64,000 nt of DNA. It comes from Lama glama (lineage: Eukaryota). The translations under genes were made by a program, and so were the position numbers. The DNA lies in NCBI GenBank assembly GCA_028534125.1, contig CM052817.1, positions 101,248,001-101,312,000 of the forward strand. The letters run 5' to 3'. Position 1 is the stretch's first letter. Each line of letters starts with the position of its first letter. Under the pieces are notes generated by a model that saw only the letters and a list, made by a program, of their open reading frames with translations, was not told the origin of the DNA and did not search any database. Positions 37,849 through 49,165 of this stretch are shown here, piece by piece.

Positions 37849-37974
37849 TTTTTTTGGGGGGTGGAGGAGGTAATTAGGTTTATTTATTTATTTTTAGAGG
37901 AGGTACTGGAGATTGAATCTAGGACCTCATGCATGCTAAGCATGTGCTTTACCACTTGAGCCACACCCCCCCCC
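37849..37974 (-). mobile_element. vic-1-type SINE (CTCAAGTGG variant)
   Basis: 'gaggaggtactggagattgaatctaggacctcatgcatgctaagcatgtgctttaccacttgag'. Confidence 0.85.
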
Positions 37975-38521
37975 ACAAAAGCTGAGTTTTTAATAAGCCT
38001 CTATTACAGATTGAATTCATACTACTTTCTAATAAAGCCTTTACATATCAAGAATGGGAAATAATTAAGAAGTGGCTTTGAATAGTTAAAAGCAGTTTCT
38101 GTAATGGGAGATAGCCAGATTTGGGGAGTTATAAAATTATGAATTCCATCTGCATGGGAGCTGGTTTTCATTTGTAATGCAGTACAAAATATTCTTGGCA
38201 TGTTTGGGGCTTATTCCACACAGGATGCTCCACGCTAGAACTAAATCTAAATAGAACTAAGTAGATTTCTTTTCTTAGATGTTGTCCCCAAATCATTTCC
38301 TTTTCATCAAGTTCCTTGGATAAATGTACTTACCGAAGTCTGCCAGGTCTTTCTACAAGTCCTCTAGTCTTCAGTCTGCATTATTCAGCTGTTCAGCGAG
38401 GATCTGTTGATGGGTGGTCAGTGGGGACTGGAGTTCACCAGCAGACCAGAGGGTGGGAGTCACACTCAGACCTCCTGCTTGTCTCCTACATCTGTTTTCC
38501 AGGCTGTAGAGACCCAGGGCC

Positions 38522-39010
38522 TGTTAAGAGTCCAAGCTTCTAATGCTCGCTGCACGACAGGCCAATAAATTGAAGGACGAGTTGTTGGGGCAAGGAATAG
38601 TGACTTTATTCAGAAAGCCAGAAGACCGAGAAAATGGTAGACTAGTGTCACAAAGCACCACCTTGCCTGAGTTGGAACTCAGGCTTCTTTTATACTAAAA
38701 GGGGAGGGAGCAAAGTCAAACATTTCCTGGTTCCAGTCAGCCTCCACAGGGGGTGTGTTAATTTCTTCCTGCCTACAGTCATTCACAGGTGGGCCTGGTC
38801 AGGATGTTTCCTATGAGCTAAACAGTGGTATTTTTGCTTAATGCTCATTAGCTGGGAGGCAGGGTTCCCAGAGACGGGCCATTATGTATAATGTAAACTT
38901 AGAGGCAACATCCTTTTAGTGATTAACTTGTAGCAAAAGCAATAGAGTGGGAAGGTTAAAGTAAAAGAAACAGACCCAATATGGAGTCACATTTGTTCTT
39001 CCCTATTACA
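38522..39010 (-). mobile_element. ERV1-class solo LTR (about 489 bp)
   Basis: TG...CA termini, perfect 4-bp TSD GGCC (38518-38521 and 39011-39014), - strand TATAAAA (38688-38694) and AATAAA (38605-38610). Confidence 0.8.
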
Positions 39011-40100
39011 GGCCCAGCTTTCTGAATTTTACACATAAAACCTGCTATAATACTAACGTTTTTAACATGCATGCTGCATTTGGCATCTACAGCTTAAGGA
39101 CGATCACTTAACTCATTCAGAATCATTGGCTAGCATTTACAGTTTGTGAAACAAATTCCAAAGATGAAGTAAAAGAAAAAAGTTAATTTAATTCCTGTAA
39201 AGAAGAAACATTTAAATTAAGAAAAACAACAAGTCTAAATTCATACGGCTGGGGAAAGTTTGGTGGTTTCCGGATGTGAATACTTACCAAACACATTGAC
39301 TCTACACCACTAACGCTCATCTTCATTGGAAATTGGAGTGAGAGGTTGGTTCATCTTTGATTTCAATAGGCTCATGGGATGAATCGTATTGTGAGTCTAA
39401 ATCAACAGAAATTGACTTGCTTTTTGTATTTTAGGCATATTTAGCAATTCTTGGTTAGCTTTCAGTCTTAAAACCAGGAGGATTAAATTACCAAATAAAA
39501 ACAACGCAAAACATTCAGCTCTTGACTTAGGGATAATATATTACCTGGTGGATTTATTGTACCAGAACTGATGCTGTCAGGGACTGTCAGTCATTTCTTC
39601 TGAGAGCTGGGGATGCCTGCCTTAAGGTAAATTGAGGTGACTGCATGCTATCTGTCTTTTATTTATGAAGCTGACCCTGTTCACTCACTGGATGTGCTTT
39701 GTGGTTTTCTCCATACTTCTTCCCACTCTATTAGTCCTGAAATTTATTGGCCCCTGTGGCACAAGTCGTGTAGAACCAGCTCACTTGATTCAAGCCCATA
39801 ATTTCCTGAGCAAGGCAGCTAACTGGGCTCTGCCATGATCATAATGCTCTAACATTGGAGTGAATCTTTACCTTTTAAAAATCACTTTCACATTAAATTA
39901 TTCCATTTTATCTTTACAGTGGTGCTGAGAAGTAACATTTCAGAGGTGAGGAAACTTAAGTCTAGTGACTTCCAGGAAAGGAAGAGTTAGGACTCACACT
40001 TCAGATGTCCTTCTCACTAAGCCAAATGCTCAGTAATATTTGATTGGCTGTTACATGATAAAAATAATACAAGAATCACGGGCAGCTCTGGATGAAAGGA

Positions 40101-40241
40101 TTTTTTTTTTTAATTTTGGGGGGATGGGGTAATTAGATTTATTTATTTATTTATTATTAATTTTTAATGGAGTTCCTGGGGATTGAACCCAGGACCTCAT
40201 GCATGCTAAAGCACACCTCTACCATTGAGCTGTACCCTCCC
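40101..40241 (-). mobile_element. vic-1-type SINE
   Basis: 'ggggattgaacccaggacctcatgcatgctaa...ctctaccattgagctgtaccctcc'. Confidence 0.85.
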
Positions 40242-40744
40242 TCTGATCCCAAAAAGTATTTTATTGAGGAAATAAATTTAGGAAGGTGCCTGGAAAAGTG
40301 GCTTCCAATAGAGACTTAAAATTTAACTCTAGACAGAAGAACATCACTCAAGATGCCACTCGAGAAGTATGTGAACAAGACGTGATCGGATGTCAGTTTA
40401 TATGACACAGACAATAGTACATGACAGTTCAGAGAAGAGAGAAAACAATAGGCTGGAGAATCAGGGACAGTATAACTGAGGAGGAGGGGCTGATGTTAGA
40501 GCTTAAAGAATGTGCAAGATTAAGATGAAGTGGGAAGTGGGTGGGGCGTGGCAGGCTGCTGAGGGCCTCCCGAGCAACTGCAGAGAGCTGTATCAGATGA
40601 GGGCACAGCTCTGATTGTAGGAGGGACTGCCTGGGAGGTCTAAGTAGGGAATTCGTGGGAACTAAGGTCAACTAGGGAGGATGGGGCCGAATCAAAGATC
40701 TTTAGTGCCAAACAGAGAAACGTGGACTGTTGTTTAGGTGCCAC

Positions 40745-41035
40745 AAGGTGTGTGGCCGGAGCTGGTTCCTTCTCAGGGCTGTGGTGGCCTCAGGCATTCC
40801 TTGGCTTGTAGACAGTGTTCTCCTTGCGTCTTCACATCGTCTTCCTTCTCTGTGTCCAAATCTTTCTTTTTTTAAAATAAGGATGTCAGTCGTATTGCAT
40901 GAGGGTCCACTCTGATTACTTTTCACTTGATTACCTCTGTGAAGACCTGTTTCTAAATAAGGTCACATTCTAATGTACTGGGGGACTTCAACACATCTCT
41001 TTTTGTTGGGGGGGGACACAATTCAACCCATTATA
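40745..41035 (-). mobile_element. MLT1 LTR fragment
   Basis: 'ggcattccttggcttgtaga', 'tctaaataaggtcacattct', 'ggacacaattcaaccca'. Confidence 0.8.
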
Positions 41036-42127
41036 GGAGTTATTGAAGAGTCCTGAGCTGCAGGGTAAGAGAGGGAAATGTTATTTTAATGAAGATAGAC
41101 AACAGAATGCAGGAGACATGAGGGAATGGGGGAGCTATAGGCTGGGAGAGGAGGATGAAGAAAAAGATAAGGTCTATAGATATTTCAGAGGTGTAGTTGA
41201 AAAGATTTCAGTAGTAGTGACAATAATACTTCTTAAGTCTAGAACATGACCGTTCACAGAGCATTTCCTCTGTGCTACCGTCTTGGGTCTTGATGACTGT
41301 GTCTGGTGTCTCCGGGTTTCTGGCCTGGGAGAAGGACCAGTGTTGAAGTCACCCACACCAGTCAGGGCAGCTGGCCAAGGCAGCTACACGTGCTCAATTT
41401 GAGGTGGTGACAGAGCCGAGTGGAGGTGGCCACTGGGTCACTGGAACCCCGAGCCGGCTAGACAGATTTTGGAGTTAAATGCGTCGAAGCAGTCCTTGAA
41501 TCCAGAGAGTGGGTGAGATCCCCGCGGGAGCGAATATAGGAAGAGAAGGCAGTAGGCTTGGAATATGGGCAAATTCCCAGAGTCAGAGGATTGCTCATAA
41601 GTCAAAGCATCTTTTAAAGAGGCGGAGGAGAAGCAGCGAAGTTCTGAAGAAAAAGTTTCTAGTAGAAATGTCAGTGCCAGGAGCTATGGAAGGTGGGAAG
41701 GGAACAGGAGGGTAACTGGCAGGGGGTCACCTGGGGGAAGACTTGGGTTTTAGCTACGATGAAGAGCATGGAAGGAGCAAGTGTCAGGGAAAGGAAGACA
41801 GGAAAGACAGCAATGACCACAGGGCGGCAGGATGAAGAAAAGGATCGGGGGCTTTTATTTTGAGGTCATGTTTGGTTTTTTTTGTGGGGGAGTCATTTTT
41901 TTTTTTATGGTGACAGTTTACAAATAGTAAAAGTCACCCTTTCTAGTGTTCAGGTCTGTGAGTTCTGACAGTGTGTGGTTGGGTAACCACCACCACTATC
42001 TAGACAGAGAACAGTTGCATCTCCCCAATATTCTCTCCTGCAGATGAACTTTTTGAGAGGAAACCAGGGTTTCCTTAAAGTCGGAAGGGAAGGAAGCTAA
42101 GTTAAAGGAGAAAATGATGATGCTACA

Positions 42128-42452
42128 AATGACCTTCTTTACAAAACAGAAACAGATTCACAGACACAGAAAACAAACTTATGGTTACCAGAAGGGTAGG
42201 GTATGGAAAGGGATAAGTTGGGAGTTTGAGATTTGCAGATACTGACTACTATATATAAAATAGATAAACAGCGAGGACCTACTGTGTAGCACAGGGAACT
42301 GTGTTCAGTACCTTGTAATAACCTATAATGGAAAAGAATATGAAAAGGAATATATATATATGTATAACTGAGTCACTATCTATACACCAGGAATTAACAC
42401 AATATTGTAAACTGACTATACTTCGGTTTTAAAAAGTTATTTAAAAAAAATA
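42128..42452 (+). mobile_element. L1 3' UTR fragment
   Basis: 'ttacaaaacagaaacagattcacagacacagaaaacaaacttatggttacc...gcacagggaact...ctgactatacttc'. Confidence 0.88.
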
Positions 42453-42480
42453 AAGGTGCTGAAGTAGAGGAAAGGCTGCC

Positions 42481-42610
42481 GGGAGAGTATAGCTCAGTGG
42501 TAGAGTGCATGCTTAGCGTGCATGAGGTCCTGGATTCAAACCCCAGGACCTCCATTAAATCAATCAATCTAATTACCTCCTCCCACCCCCCCAACTCCTC
42601 CAAAAAAAAT
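42481..42610 (+). mobile_element. vic-1-type SINE
   Basis: 'gtatagctcagtggtagagtgcatgcttagcgtgcatgaggtcctgg'. Confidence 0.88.
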
Positions 42611-43306
42611 AAGAAGGGTTAACTGAGGGAGTGAGACCTGGAGGTGGTCAAGAGGCAGACCAGCTACACAGAAGGGGTCAATCTAGTGGGGAAAAAAAAA
42701 TCTCCCCTCTTCCTGTGAAGTAGGAGGGAGGAAGAATGCATACATTCAGGGTCTAGGATGTCTGTTGGGAGTGGAATCCTGAAGTCCTGTCAGCAGAACC
42801 ATTTCCTGCTGAGCGAGATGCTAAAAGTCCTATTCCATAATTTCCTCCTCAGAGGTATTATTTCCTGTTGCAATTACTGTTTGCAGGAATCACATCAAAG
42901 TAAGGACGGGCAGAGGCCTGGTTTTCTTTGGGCTGTGTGCCCACATTCTTCTGCCGTGGAATACTGGAGCAGTTTGAGAGCGAACCACTTCACAGGTCTC
43001 CAAAGTTAAGGGCATCTGCTTCTTTTCCAGTGGAAAAACCTGGGAGCAAAAAAGGCTTCAATCCCCATCAGTGTGTGTGACAGCCAGTGAATGACACTCG
43101 GCTGACAAGCTCACTTCCACAGACACATCCTCGGGGCATGATTTGGCAGATGAGATTCACTTCTCATCATGTTATACTTTTGGCTTAAAAACACCTTGCA
43201 GTGATGTGCCCTCCCGTGGTCTGTGATGTCACTGACATCCCTCCTCCCCTTTGCCATCTCACTGCAGCCTACCTGATTCAGGTGAGGGAGGTGGGAGGAC
43301 GTTGAA

Positions 43307-43520
43307 CAGCAATCCTCAAACCATGGGTTTCACAAGCAGGTTGTGAATCCAGTCATGGGCTGCAACCAACCTATTTAAAAAAATGAAATAGAACAGAAGA
43401 CAGCAGGGAGCTAAGTGTGATCTCACGTGACTTGTGTTTCAGTGAAACATGTGTCTGTCCTGGACCACAACATATAATGTGTTTCTGTATGCCTCATGGT
43501 CACAAAGGTTTGGGAAGTTC
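43307..43520 (+). mobile_element. MER103-like hAT DNA transposon fossil
   Basis: 'cagcaatcctcaaac...aaatgaaatagaacagaa...catggtcacaaaggtttgggaa' resembles MER103C. Confidence 0.55.
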
Positions 43521-43529
43521 AGGGGTACA

Positions 43530-43720
43530 AGTGTCTGGATCCTTCACTAATAGTGTGGCCCTTGGCAGGTTACTGAATGTCCCCGTGGCTTAGTTGGAGC
43601 TGTAGTCTGGAAAATGGGATAATACTGGTATCTATTTCGTATGGTTGTTAAAAGGATTAGAGAGGAAATGCCTGAAAAGCATTTTGCACTTCGCCTGGTT
43701 CATAGTCAGTGCTTCTTATT
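43530..43720 (+). mobile_element. MIR
   Basis: 'gtgtggcccttggcaggttact...aaaatgggataatact...aggattaga...aaagcatttt'. Confidence 0.7.
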
Positions 43721-43729
43721 ATGATTTCT

Positions 43730-45050
43730 TCTCCCACCTAGATTTAGAGCCCAGACCTTTGCCTCCTACCCAGACCTTTCTTCTGCAACTGGAGCTGTGA
43801 ACTCCCCAGTCCGCTTGACATCTCCTCGTGGTTGGTCCACAGCCTCTCCAGCTCAGGCTGTTCAGATTTGAACTCAACTCATCACCCCCTTCTCTCCCCC
43901 GTCTTCCCCTCTCCTGGTGCCCCATCCCACCCCCCGAGCACACAGACCCCTCTGCTGCTCTGCCAGAATCCACTTCTCTGTGAGAGGTGCTATCACTCAC
44001 CTCTCACTTAGGCTGTCTGAGCAGCATCGTACTGATTCTTCCAGGAGCAGGCTTCTGAGCCACCATCACCCACTGGCTTAGTGAGATTCTGCCCGAAGTC
44101 ATGCTCCGTTCACCACACCTCAGCTTGCCTAGATCCATCCCCTCCAGCCTTTCACGTCTGTGAGTCTTCAATGGCTCTCATGATTTCCAGGTTCAGGTCC
44201 ACCCGCTTCAGCCTATATAAGGCAAGGTCCATCATGGCCTGGCCTCTGACTGCCTTCCCCTTGTACTTCGTACTCTGGTGATTCCAAACTGCTTGTCGGT
44301 GGACACACATACCTTCCAGTTTCCACTGCCCTGAATGCTCGTTCCACCATTCTGTTGTACGTATGGCTAACTCTGACTTGTCCTTCAGGACTCAACACTG
44401 ATTTTCGAGTGAGAAAGACTTAGATTTGAATCTCCTCGTCAATAGTCAATAGCTGTGTGAGTCTGAGAAGCAAATTTCTGAAGCACTTGATGTCAGTTTG
44501 TGCATCTGTGAAATGAGCAAGATCTACCTCAGAGAGTTGTGAGAATTACATGAATGACTGTGTGTAAAGACCAGTGCCTGGCAGGTACCAAGGACTTAAT
44601 AAATAAGTGGCTGTGATTGTTTTATTTATCATCATTAATTTTCATTTAAAAAAAAAGGTTCAGTTCACCTCCTTGTGGACCAGAGCTTCTCACAGACCTG
44701 AATGAGTCAGGTGGTCAAAGATTACTGTCTTTGCACCGGCTGTTCCTTCTGTCCAGTTACCCTTCCCACTCTTCTTCCCTTGATCCACCCCTCCCTCTCC
44801 ATTAAGGTACATTCAACCGAAGGTTCACCTCCTCAGGGACCTCCCCATCCCCCTGGACCCCCAGGGCACCCTGTGCTCACCTCCATCAGCATTCTTGCTG
44901 CCCAAACTGTGATGCCTTCTTTCTCCTGAACTCTTAAAAGTCTCCTGGGGGCTCTATGCCTTATTCACCGCTGTATCCCAAGCTCCCTCAGTGCATTCAG
45001 ATGCCTGACAATATAGAACGTGATCGATAAATGTATCCTTGATGCACACA
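43730..45050 (+). mobile_element. L2 fragments with an inserted MIR (about 44415-44610)
   Basis: 'cccagacctttcttctgcaact', 'ctttgcaccggctgttccttctg', 'ttattcaccgctgtatccc'. Confidence 0.55.
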
Positions 45051-45489
45051 TGGATGGGTGGGCGCACTGTTGTAATTCCTTCCTCCCTGCGGTGCCTGCC
45101 TTCTCCCTTTCAGGAAATTCTTTCTGTTAATTGCAATCAGATTAGTTCTCTTACAGTCTGTCACTCACCTGTGCTTCTCCCATGGCTCTGGTCGCTGCAC
45201 TGTGCTAACATCGGCGATTAGGACCTTCCACAAGGTGGCTTCTATTTAGTGTTCCAGACTTCTCTCCTTTTCTCCACCTTATCCTTTATGCCATGGAAAA
45301 CCACGCTGTTTTCACTCCCTGGGTGCTTATCCCCTCTGGCTCTTTCTGCTTCCAAATACACCTTAGCCACCTACTTTTCAGCCACGCCTCTTTACATGTC
45401 CCCGTCCTACAAACCCATGAAGCCCTCTTAAATGCTACTGTGCGACAATTCCAGAACCTTTTCTGATCTATTTTTTAAGCTTTATTTAT

Positions 45490-45635
45490 TTATTTTAAGC
45501 TCCTTTATTGTGGTATAATTTCTGTACAGTAAACTGCACATATTTCAAATGTACAATTTGATGAATTTTGATTGATGTGTACGCCAATGAAACCACCACC
45601 ACAATCAAGATGGCTAGCATTTCCTTCACTCCCCA
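45490..45635 (-). mobile_element. Old L1M 3' tail
   Basis: 'tttattgtggtataatt...aaactgcacatatttcaaatgtacaatttgatgaattttga'. Confidence 0.7.
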
Positions 45636-47491
45636 AGAGGTGCAATTTTTGAATTCCCAATTTATTCCTTTCCATCCCCTCTACCCCATGTTATACATAT
45701 TTGTTTTTGATGGCAAGCTTTTTGAGTCCAAGAATTGTGTCTCAAACTTCTGTGTAAACTTTCCAACATCTAGGACATCACGTTGCTTGTTGTTTCTCAT
45801 CGGCGTTTGAGGAAACGACCAGAACTGACAATCAGCTAGATCTAGCTCTCCTTTCTGCCTCCTGCTTTATCTCTGGGGGCATGGGGTAGGAGAGATCAGA
45901 GTTTAACTCTTGCCCTTTGATTCTTAAATATAATTCATTTAACTTTACATTTGCACCATGTTACAACCACATTGTACCAGGTATTCAATAAGCATGTTTG
46001 ATGAATTAATGATTGATTAGTGGTGTGGTTTCTTTTAGAATTAATACACCTTCAAGTCTGTTGTTTCTGGTTCTTCGTTATTTAGAAATGTGCATACTAA
46101 TAAAAGAAGAGGCAAAGTATATGAAATGTGTAGATGTGAATCCACACACACATTGGTGGGTGGTGATTGCATATATATATTTTTTATATATACATGCGTA
46201 TACTCTACACCATCAAGTAAAAAACAGGAGGATTAGGACAGTCAGTGAATGAACTTACAAACGTGAAAACCTAACGATAGTTCTTTTTCAAAGCCTAGAA
46301 TTTATATTAGTAGTTTGTTCTCCAGCTCAATCCCTCTACAATCTACTGCTTTCCCGGTCGTGCAAAGCTTGGGGGGTGTGATGGGTGATCTGCCGTGGTG
46401 GGAGTGGTGGTTGAGTGACCTCCAGAGCTGGTCCTGGGTCCAGCTGGTCTAAAGCTCTGTTTCTTTGGTCCTTATGAAATTGAACCCCTTTCTCCAAGCA
46501 AAAGAGTCAGGCAGCTGAGCCTTCTTATCTGTTTGTCCTTCTGCCTCTCTTTCCATCCCACTCCTGAGTGACCGTGAGCCTTCAGGTGGTGGTGGCCCTC
46601 GCTTTTGTGTGTCTGAGTCAACCATCCAAGCAAGACTCATGAACAAGTTGACAAAGCAAGTTTGCCAGTTCTCAACTGTTGATGTGTTTTGGCCGGGTCT
46701 AACTTCCAAAATTATTAAGGCATGCTATGTGGCATAACAGAGTTCACAATTTATATCCAAGCAAATTCCATGGAGGTAAAGGTAATGAGTTGGCTATTGT
46801 GAAATCTCACATTGGTCCTTACTGACGGGAGACATGTGGAATATACTGGCGATAACCAGAAAATGACTTCTATGTACTTTTGGTGTTGTTCCTGGGAGAC
46901 CACAAAATCAGAACAAAAATAGATGGTTTTTCTAGGCATCGAAACACCAGCAGCATCCAAACAGTGGAATTATTTTCAAAGCACTATTTTCATCTAGTTT
47001 TTAAAATCATGCCAATGTAATCATTGAAGAGCATTTGCTCTAAGGAACACTGCGAGTGGGGATGCTGTGATCCACCAGCTTCAAAGGACGAGTGGGTGGT
47101 GTGGCAACAATAAAATCCACTGAATACTGGGTAAACTGGATTGTGGTGGATTGCTCCTCCAACATCAAGGCAGTCTCACTGTTCATGCCAAGTTGTGTGG
47201 CTCTTGGTCATTTCCATGTTTTGGTCGGTATAAGCTATGCTAAATGTTAAATTTCAGTGATACATATAACACATATTACTTGCTAAAGCACCATTTTTTT
47301 CCTTCTGTTTCTATAGTGGGTTTTTTTGTTTGTTTTTATTTTTATTTTTAAAGCACCGTTTTCAGTTACTGCTTTTTCAGAGTTAAGATAACTAAGCTCC
47401 AGAAATATTATTAATTCAAAATAGATCCCATAGGTCTCTAAACATTTTGAACAAATATATTCTCTTATTTCTAATAAGATGATTATTTATA

Positions 47492-47597
47492 ATTTTTTAA
47501 TCGACATGTAGTCAGTGTACAATGTTGTGTCAATTTCTGTTGTACAGCAGAATTCTTCAGTCATACATGGATATACGTATATTCATTTTCATATTCT
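47492..47597 (-). mobile_element. Short L1 3' tail
   Basis: 'tacaatgttgtgtcaatttctgttgtacagc'; TSD taaga(t/c)gatt(a/c)ttta. Confidence 0.75.
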
Positions 47598-48160
47598 TAA
47601 GACGATTCTTTAATCTCTGTTTTATTCAAACCAGTAATTCCTATCTTACGAATTTGTTCTTGAGAATAAAATGGTACATTTAACACAGAATCTGGTACAT
47701 AGTACAGGCTAAATAAATGTGAGTTCACTTGCCCTTCATACGCCATGAATCAAAATGCGTATAAGGGAAAAGTAACAGTCACAGAGTAAATGACTGATAC
47801 TTACTGAGCACTTACATAATACTTCTAGACCCTGCTGTATCAGGGATAAAAAGATGGGTAAGGCAGGGCCAGAAGCTCGCTCTCTAGCAGGAGAGGCAGA
47901 CATTTAAACCCACAGTTGTTGCTGAGAGTGCTAAGTACAGCAACAGAAGTCCATCCAGGGAGGGCGGATTACGTTGCCTGGGTGAAAGGGCTGTCAGGAG
48001 AATTTTCAGAATAGAGGTGTTGCATCAGCTGACTCTCTAGCAAGAGAAGAAAAGGATTGGATTCCAATCGTGTACAAAGGCACCAAAGGCAGAGGGAGGG
48101 GAAAGACTCAGGACTCCCTGGAGTCTTGGAATGAGTGCTTTTAAAAGTCCTTTCTAGAAG

Positions 48161-48272
48161 AATAGGAAAACAAATGTATGTATGTTTATGCATCACTGGG
48201 ATGTTGTGTTCTACACCAGAAACTGACACATTGTAACTGATGGTACTTTAAATAAATAAATAAATAAAAATA
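48161..48272 (+). mobile_element. Short L1 3' tail
   Basis: 'tacaccagaaactgacacattgtaactga', (AAAT)n tail; TSD tcctttctagaaga. Confidence 0.8.
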
Positions 48273-48664
48273 AAAATCCTTTCTAGAAGATTCGTCGGAG
48301 GGCAAGCCTGTAGCAATTCCAGCCCCAGTTACAAGCATTGGAGCTGCTGGGCTTAAATGTCCCATGGTTGCTCATGGGATTTTCGTGTCTCCAGTAACTT
48401 GAAGTGGTTTGTATGTTCTCATCACTGCAGGGAGGACCAGGAGATGGGGTCACAGGGGCAGAAGAGGTCTAGACCCTCCTGTATAAAAACCTAAGGGCTC
48501 CTGTAATGGATTGATTGTTTGATCCCCGCCAGAGTTGAAGCCATAACCCCCAGCATGATGGTATTCATTAGTAGATGGGGCCTTTGGGAAGTAATTGGGG
48601 TAGATGAGGTCATGGAGGGTGGTGATTAGTGCTCAGTCTCCAGGTTAGGAAATAACTCTGGCTT

Positions 48665-49165
48665 TGAGTTTTGTTTAGTTTTGTTTTATTGAAGTATAGT
48701 CCGTTACAATGTGTCAGTCGGTGGTGTACAGCATAATGTCCCAGTCATGCATTAACACACATGTATTCATTCTCATTTCTTTTTTATTAGAGCTTATTAC
48801 AAGATACTGAATATAGTTCCCTATGCTACACAGAAGAAATTGTTTTTTTCTGTTTTTATACATAATATTATGTTAACATTTGCAAATCTCAAACTTCCAA
48901 ATTTATTCCTTCCCACCATCTTTCCCCTGGTAGCCATGAGATTATTTACTGTGTCTGTGAGTCTGTTTTTGTTTTATAGGTAAGTTCATTAGTGTCTTCT
49001 TTTTTCTTTTCTTTTCTTTTTTTTTTTTGTTACATTCCACATATACATGATATCATATGGTATTTTTCTTTCTCTTTCTGGCTTACTTCACTTAGAATGA
49101 CGATCTCCAGGTCCATCCATGTTGCTGCAAATGGCATTATTTTATTCTTCCTTGTGACTGAGTCG
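48665..49165 (-). mobile_element. L1 3' UTR fragment
   Basis: 'tattgaagtatagtc...gaatatagttccctatgct...ctccaggtccatccatgttgctgcaaatggcatt'. Confidence 0.88.

Noticed and set aside
39281..39290. ATACTTACC resembling the 5' end of U1 snRNA
   Set aside because: Similarity stops after 9 nt; not a U1 pseudogene
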